Positions 59,246 to 64,000 of a stretch of 64,000 bases of DNA are shown here, piece after piece (within the stretch, counting starts at the first letter, position 1; every line of letters starts with the position of its first letter). The notes beneath the pieces are model-generated. The model saw only the letters and a list, made by a program, of their open reading frames with translations. It was not told the DNA's origin and searched no databases. The position numbers and the translations under genes are program-made. The stretch comes from Escherichia phage vB_EcoM_G53: sequence record MK327943.1; one strand, 5' to 3'.

Positions 59246-60571
59246 TCAAAGTGCCTCCAAGTCTTTAGTGTACTCTGTCACAACATCAGTAGACTTCCAA
59301 TACTCATTTTCTTCTTTCTTAGCTTTAGCTTCTTCTGCTAGTTTACGTGCTTCATCGGAAGTGATATGGAAGATGTTAAGACCTACCAGTTTATCGACAT
59401 GTTCTTTATACATTTCGATTTGTGCTAGCTCTTCGGTCAAAGCTTTACGAGTCTTGCCTTGAATCACAATTTCGCCACTGATAACTTTTTTGATGAAGTG
59501 TGCCTTAGCAAAAGCAAGTTTAAATGCTTTTTCAGATTCAAGGATTTTGTTGTCAATACGTTTCTGAACGTAAGTCTTACGGACTTCAACAAAATCTTTG
59601 ATTAAGTCCACTACGTTATCGTAGACAGCTAATTTACCCTTTTCATTAATCACTGTGATGTTTTGTGAACGACGTTCGATGAGACTAAAATCTTTCATGA
59701 TTTTTTCATGACGTAGCTCTTCATCATCAGGAAGCGAGTACTCTTTACGGAACTTCACCTTAAACCCAAAGCCGTGTTCACCGCAATCATCTTCCCACGA
59801 GATTAGACCTTTGTCTTCCAACGGGTCAAGAACCTTACTCACGTACGTTTCACGGTCGAATTTATATGGGATTTCAGTTATTTGCATTTGAGTGCGAGAT
59901 GTGAACTTGTATGTTCCGTGAATCTCATAACGCCCATCAACTTCATGTACTTCACCACGGAATTCCGGGAATTCAACTTTTGGCTTAGTGACATTTTTAC
60001 CTTGAAGAGCTTGTAATACGGCCTTTTTGACTGATTTAAAACTATGAGGCAGAATATTTGTTGCGTAACCGGTTGCAATACCAGAGACGCCATTCAAAAG
60101 AACTGTCGGAATAATAGGAAGATAGAATTTTGGTGGAATGTGTTCTTTATCTTCATGAGCTGGAGCATATTCAGTATCTTTATATACGTTATAGAAATTT
60201 TTACTTACACGAGCAAAAATATAACGAGATGCTGCAGCTTTTTGGACTGTTCGAGAACCAAAGTTGCCTTGGCCATCTAACAGTGGATAGTTGTTGTTCC
60301 ATGTGTTAGCCATCAATGCACCTGCATCTTGTGCAGAAGATTCACCATGGTGATAACCTAAATCTGCAACACCGCCTGCAATTGACGCAAGTTTATGAAA
60401 TTTTTCTTTATTACCACGAGCCAAATCTAACGCACGATGGACCACAAAACGTTGAACCGGCTTAAATCCATCAATCATGTTCGGGATTGCACGGTTTTCA
60501 ACGGTGTACATCGCATATGCTAAGGCTTCGTTATCAATAATACTTTTTAGATTACGAGAATTCAATTGCAT
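59246..60571 (-). CDS. 52: DNA topoisomerase II medium subunit gp52
   Basis: 441 aa; strong match to recalled T4 gp52. Confidence 0.96.
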   Translation of the reverse strand: MQLNSRNLKSIIDNEALAYAMYTVENRAIPNMIDGFKPVQRFVVHRALDLARGNKEKFHKLASIAGGVADLGYHHGESSAQDAGALMANTWNNNYPLLDGQGNFGSRTVQKAAASRYIFARVSKNFYNVYKDTEYAPAHEDKEHIPPKFYLPIIPTVLLNGVSGIATGYATNILPHSFKSVKKAVLQALQGKNVTKPKVEFPEFRGEVHEVDGRYEIHGTYKFTSRTQMQITEIPYKFDRETYVSKVLDPLEDKGLISWEDDCGEHGFGFKVKFRKEYSLPDDEELRHEKIMKDFSLIERRSQNITVINEKGKLAVYDNVVDLIKDFVEVRKTYVQKRIDNKILESEKAFKLAFAKAHFIKKVISGEIVIQGKTRKALTEELAQIEMYKEHVDKLVGLNIFHITSDEARKLAEEAKAKKEENEYWKSTDVVTEYTKDLEAL

Positions 60572-60575
60572 ATTT

Positions 60576-60716
60576 TCACCATATTAATGAATGAATAACC
60601 ATTATAACATCTGAAATGAAAAGCACTACTTGGATTAACCCAAACATCACACCGTAGTACAGAACCGTAAGCAGCAACAAGAGCCCGAAGGCTCCTGCTA
60701 AGATTTTCTTAATCAT
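60576..60716 (-). CDS. Hypothetical 46-aa hydrophobic membrane peptide
   Basis: ATG ORF MIKKILAGAFGLLLLLTVLYYGVMFG..., not in track; position of ac/stp in T4. Confidence 0.4.
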   Translation of the reverse strand: MIKKILAGAFGLLLLLTVLYYGVMFGLIQVVLFISDVIMVIHSLIW

Positions 60717-60862
60717 TACTCGCCTTTTAACACGTTAAAAAGAGCTAAGACCGCTAAGGTACCTTGTGATATGGCCTGTTGAAATACTGTTGTTTCGCCT
60801 GTAACTAAAGTGTTAACTAATAAAAACGACCAACACAGCAATGCAATAATCCATGCTACCAT
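60716..60862 (-). CDS. Hypothetical 48-aa hydrophobic membrane peptide
   Basis: ATG ORF MVAWIIALLCWSFLLVNTLV...; stop overlaps next start. Confidence 0.4.
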   Translation of the reverse strand: MVAWIIALLCWSFLLVNTLVTGETTVFQQAISQGTLAVLALFNVLKGE

Positions 60863-60914
60863 TTTAATTACCTCAAAAATAAATTAAAGGCCCAACTTAA
60901 TAGGCCCGTATAAA

Positions 60915-61361
60915 TTAGTAACTCTGCAGAATGAATTTGAAATTATCTGCCAGAAGACGGTTCATTTCAGTGAGTGTTTGATATTCTGATGTATGGTTGC
61001 GAGTGAATGCCAGAGCCAATTGACCTTTACCATAACCAGTGGTCAGTGGTTTCATGTTCTTAGCTGCAACAAAGATTACATCATATTCAATATTGTTAGT
61101 GCCCATGGTACGGGCTAGTTGCGAACGGCCTTGACGAATGTGAGAAAGAATTGCATCCAACCCTTGTTTAGAACGTTGACGTCCTACAAAGAATCGTGCT
61201 GCTACTTGTCGCCAATCAGATGAACCTTTAATGAAGAAGTAAAAACCTTCACGAGAACGAAACTCTTTAGAAACTTCAGAACCGTATTCGCCATTACGAA
61301 CTACTGCAACAACTTCACCGCCAACTGCCAGAAGGTCTTTACGAGTTAAATATTTGGTCAT
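60915..61361 (-). CDS. ndd: Ndd nucleoid disruption protein
   Basis: 148 aa; matches recalled T4 Ndd ([12 protein letters not shown]...SHIRQ.RSQLART...[22 protein letters not shown]). Confidence 0.9.
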   Translation of the reverse strand: MTKYLTRKDLLAVGGEVVAVVRNGEYGSEVSKEFRSREGFYFFIKGSSDWRQVAARFFVGRQRSKQGLDAILSHIRQGRSQLARTMGTNNIEYDVIFVAAKNMKPLTTGYGKGQLALAFTRNHTSEYQTLTEMNRLLADNFKFILQSY

Positions 61362-61389
61362 GCTAATTTCCTCAATTGATTAATGTTTT

Positions 61390-61434
61390 TGTAATCCATG
61401 AGAGCATTATACTCTGCTCTCAAGAGTTTGTACA
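61390..61434 (-). promoter_or_regulatory. Second copy of terminator-promoter cassette (upstream of ndd)
   Basis: gagagcattatactctgctctc hairpin with TATAAT and TTGTAC -35. Confidence 0.5.
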
Positions 61435-61437
61435 ATT

Positions 61438-61638
61438 TTATTCGGCCATATCAGAACGTTCAAAAAGCTCTTCAACAGTTAAACATTCAGTGTCATCCTC
61501 GATAAAGAATCGGGTCCAACACGTTGGGGCGATACAGTTATGAGTTTGTCCGGCGATAGAAGCTACACGAATAAGCTGCTGACCATTATTCAGAACAAAT
61601 TTTTCACCAATTTCAACATCTTTAAAAAGCTTAGTCAT
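61438..61638 (-). CDS. Hypothetical protein (ndd.1 region)
   Basis: 66-aa ORF with upstream early promoter. Confidence 0.55.
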   Translation of the reverse strand: MTKLFKDVEIGEKFVLNNGQQLIRVASIAGQTHNCIAPTCWTRFFIEDDTECLTVEELFERSDMAE

Positions 61639-61888
61639 TTTGTGTTCCTCATGTTTCAGTAGGACTACTATACCATAATCCTACCTTGTTGTAAACAATT
61701 AAATTACATTAAAATATGTTAAAGCCAACCATGTTCCAGTGAACGAACATGCGATGTAAAACCACGCATCACAAATTGTTCTTAGTACAATAAGAAGTGC
61801 ATTTTTCATAAGTACCTCAACACAATTGAAAATATTATACAAATCATTGGGATACTAAGCAACCATATTCCGATCCACATTTTAGAGC

Positions 61889-62152
61889 TCATAGCTCAAC
61901 TTCCGCGAGTTCCATATATCCTTTGTTGATAACCTCTTTAAGGTCTTTAGAAAGAATAACACCAAAATGGTCGTTCATATGTCCGTTAACTAAACGAGTT
62001 ATTTCGGCTTCAGATGACATATAAGGCACGTCCGAGTCCCAGTGAGATAGGCCTAAATGGGTATAAATCATCCCTTCGTCATCTGCAGTGTTGTACATTG
62101 AAACAAATTCGCCTGTTACTTTATGTTTTGCGTAGAAAAATTTAAATTTCAT
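61889..62152 (-). CDS. Hypothetical protein
   Basis: 87-aa ORF with upstream early promoter. Confidence 0.55.
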   Translation of the reverse strand: MKFKFFYAKHKVTGEFVSMYNTADDEGMIYTHLGLSHWDSDVPYMSSEAEITRLVNGHMNDHFGVILSKDLKEVINKGYMELAEVEL

Positions 62153-62220
62153 GATGTTATCCTCTTTTAGATAGGACTACTATATCATAGTCCTACTTAG
62201 TTGTAAACACTTTTGTGAAA

Positions 62221-62841
62221 TTAAAGATGAAGATACCACCCGTTGTAGTTGCTCTTGCGGACGATTTTCTTTAGGTCTTCATGGTCTCCCACGAACTTTA
62301 TAGAATAAGAGAAGACGTCAGGTGAGGTTTCTTTGACATCTAATATAATAATGCAATCTGCGACTCGATGGTTCAAGAAGGGCCCTATATTGATTCCATT
62401 ACCACCCGGATAATCACCACTGTATCCTGTGGTAACCGAAATCCATTTCGAATCCATCTGATGGGTCTTTACTTCTACGCGTAGACCACAGTACTTAGGA
62501 TGAGCTAACACGTCCCATGCATACGTGTACGGGTCTTCTACGTCTTCATTACCTTTATTAACATATCCGTCTAGCCAATTTGCTACTACATACTCTGCAA
62601 AGACTGCAACCTTACAACGTCGAACAACGTCTTCTTTTATTTGACCTGGATCTTGTTTCAACGAGTACCGAGCAGTATCAGCGATCTTAACCTTCATTTC
62701 GCTAGTCAAAAACTCATTCGACAGGATAAATGTCGGAAGACTCTTCAGCCTCAACAGCCCCAAGTTCGTCTTTACCATAGATACCTCTGATGTGTAGTTC
62801 GCCAAAATAAATGCGGTCACCTTCTTCAAGATATTCTGCAT
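62221..62841 (-). CDS. Hypothetical protein (denB region); true start may be internal ATG at 62697
   Basis: 206-aa ORF overlapping upstream ORF by 128 nt in a different frame. Confidence 0.5.
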   Translation of the reverse strand: MQNILKKVTAFILANYTSEVSMVKTNLGLLRLKSLPTFILSNEFLTSEMKVKIADTARYSLKQDPGQIKEDVVRRCKVAVFAEYVVANWLDGYVNKGNEDVEDPYTYAWDVLAHPKYCGLRVEVKTHQMDSKWISVTTGYSGDYPGGNGINIGPFLNHRVADCIIILDVKETSPDVFSYSIKFVGDHEDLKKIVRKSNYNGWYLHL

Positions 62842-63040
62842 CTACCGGTGGGATTTCAATAACAACTTCGTCGCATTCTAACCAGCCGTAGTGTGCATCA
62901 CCAGGATGTTTTACCAATTTAGCGCAATAAACTGATTTACACTTATGATGACCACGAAGATTAGCAATTTTGGATTCTGATACGTCAAATGGATGAATCA
63001 TAATTACCCCTAAAGAAAAAAAGGGGACCGAAGTCCCCAA
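62714..63040 (-). CDS. Hypothetical protein directly downstream of rIIB
   Basis: 108-aa ORF (possible start at internal MIHPF). Confidence 0.5.
   Translation of the reverse strand: MGTSVPFFSLGVIMIHPFDVSESKIANLRGHHKCKSVYCAKLVKHPGDAHYGWLECDEVVIEIPPVDAEYLEEGDRIYFGELHIRGIYGKDELGAVEAEESSDIYPVE
63023..63038 (-). terminator. Terminator hairpin after rIIB
   Basis: GGGGAC-CGAA-GUCCCC + UUUUUUU. Confidence 0.6.
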
Positions 63041-63043
63041 TTA

Positions 63044-63991
63044 TTATTCTGCAAATAATTCAGTAACATCTGAAATTACTTCGTAACGACAAGTACGCAT
63101 CTTAGCATCGCCATAGTCAACTGGGATAGATACAACATCACGTGGATGAACTTTAACCTTAACAACTTTATCTGAGCTAGAACCAAAGTGGCGAATATAA
63201 GATTTAGCACAAACGTGGAGACCGCGGGAGCAGGTTTGTGTATCATCGTCGTTAACACGAGTACGAGGCATTGAAACAACTTTACCTGGGGAGTTATCAA
63301 ATGTGCCACTATAGCAGTCTAAATAGTCCTTACGAACTACTTTCCACGCATAGAAATGACCATCTTCAGTGATTTCAATATCATTTGCAACCAAGAAGTC
63401 GAATAAACGTTGTACAGCTTTTTCGCTTGGGTTTTCTAACAGGTTTTCAAGGAATGGCAGATAGAATTTAAAGTCTTCACCTTTTTCCATAGAATCAATA
63501 ATACGGTTAACCAGCCCTGAACGAATCTCTATACCTTGATAAAATAAACTACCACCTTCAATAGTAACATTACCATCAACAAACTTAGTAATAGCTTTCT
63601 TGATGTTAATAAGTTCGACAGCTTTACTAAGGTTTCCTGCGACCAGATTAGCTTTAATTTCTTCAAAATTTGCATGACTTGATGGAGTCGCATTGTATGC
63701 TACGCGTCCTTCAATAATTGAAATAAATTTAGATGACGCGTTCCATACGATTTCAGGACGATGTCCGCCGATAATAGGTTCATCATTTTCTGGAACTTCT
63801 TCGATTACATAAGAGGCATCGTTTGCTTCAGGGACAACGCCTTCTGCTTTAAAATTCTTAACAATCTTACGAAGAGTATCTGTTGAAATGTCGAAGTAAT
63901 CGGCAATTTCTTTACGAGTCCATTTGCCTGATTCAACCAGGCCGTAAGCTTCTAACTGTTCTTCTTGGGACAAGCATTTGATATTGTACAT
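63044..63991 (-). CDS. rIIB: rIIB membrane-associated protein
   Basis: 315 aa; strong match to recalled T4 rIIB. Confidence 0.95.
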   Translation of the reverse strand: MYNIKCLSQEEQLEAYGLVESGKWTRKEIADYFDISTDTLRKIVKNFKAEGVVPEANDASYVIEEVPENDEPIIGGHRPEIVWNASSKFISIIEGRVAYNATPSSHANFEEIKANLVAGNLSKAVELINIKKAITKFVDGNVTIEGGSLFYQGIEIRSGLVNRIIDSMEKGEDFKFYLPFLENLLENPSEKAVQRLFDFLVANDIEITEDGHFYAWKVVRKDYLDCYSGTFDNSPGKVVSMPRTRVNDDDTQTCSRGLHVCAKSYIRHFGSSSDKVVKVKVHPRDVVSIPVDYGDAKMRTCRYEVISDVTELFAE

Positions 63992-64000
63992 AATGTTTCC

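Overview
This window is a nearly gap-free segment of a T4-like (Tevenvirinae) myovirus genome, syntenic with phage T4 from the end of gene 20 to rIIB. It holds the prohead/capsid module (67, 68, 21, 22, 23, 24, hoc, inh), recombination genes (uvsW, uvsY), the baseplate hub/wedge cluster (25, 26, 51, 27, 28, 29, 48, 54), a long minus-strand early/middle region (alt, DNA ligase, 30.x, rIII, 31, cd, pseT, spanins, alc, rnlA, denA, nrdB, nrdA, td, frd, 32, 59, 33, dsbA, rnh), the long-tail-fibre/lysis module (34, 35, 36, 37, 38, holin t), and asiA, motA, gene 52, ndd and rIIB. Gene calls rest on my recall of T4 protein sequences, sizes and gene order; no database search was run. Regulatory signals are dense and T4-typical: TATAAATA late promoters, GTTTAC-N17/18-TATAAT-like early promoters, MotA-box middle promoters, and many GC-stem tetraloop terminators. 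No rRNA, tRNA, CRISPR array, integrase or transposase was found, and td and nrdB are intron-less. The content that departs most from T4 is: (1) an AroG-type DAHP synthase gene in the cd-pseT region, split by an exact 55-bp tandem duplication; (2) a Hoc with an extra Ig-like domain from a 288-bp tandem duplication; (3) an 89-aa early-promoter-driven ORF on the opposite strand between genes 23 and 24, where T4 has segD; (4) a 295-bp ORF-free stretch beside a 59-aa very basic ORF upstream of rIII; (5) duplicated promoter cassettes. I cannot demonstrate a complete novel defence or anti-defence system from sequence alone; the candidates are listed with how to test them.
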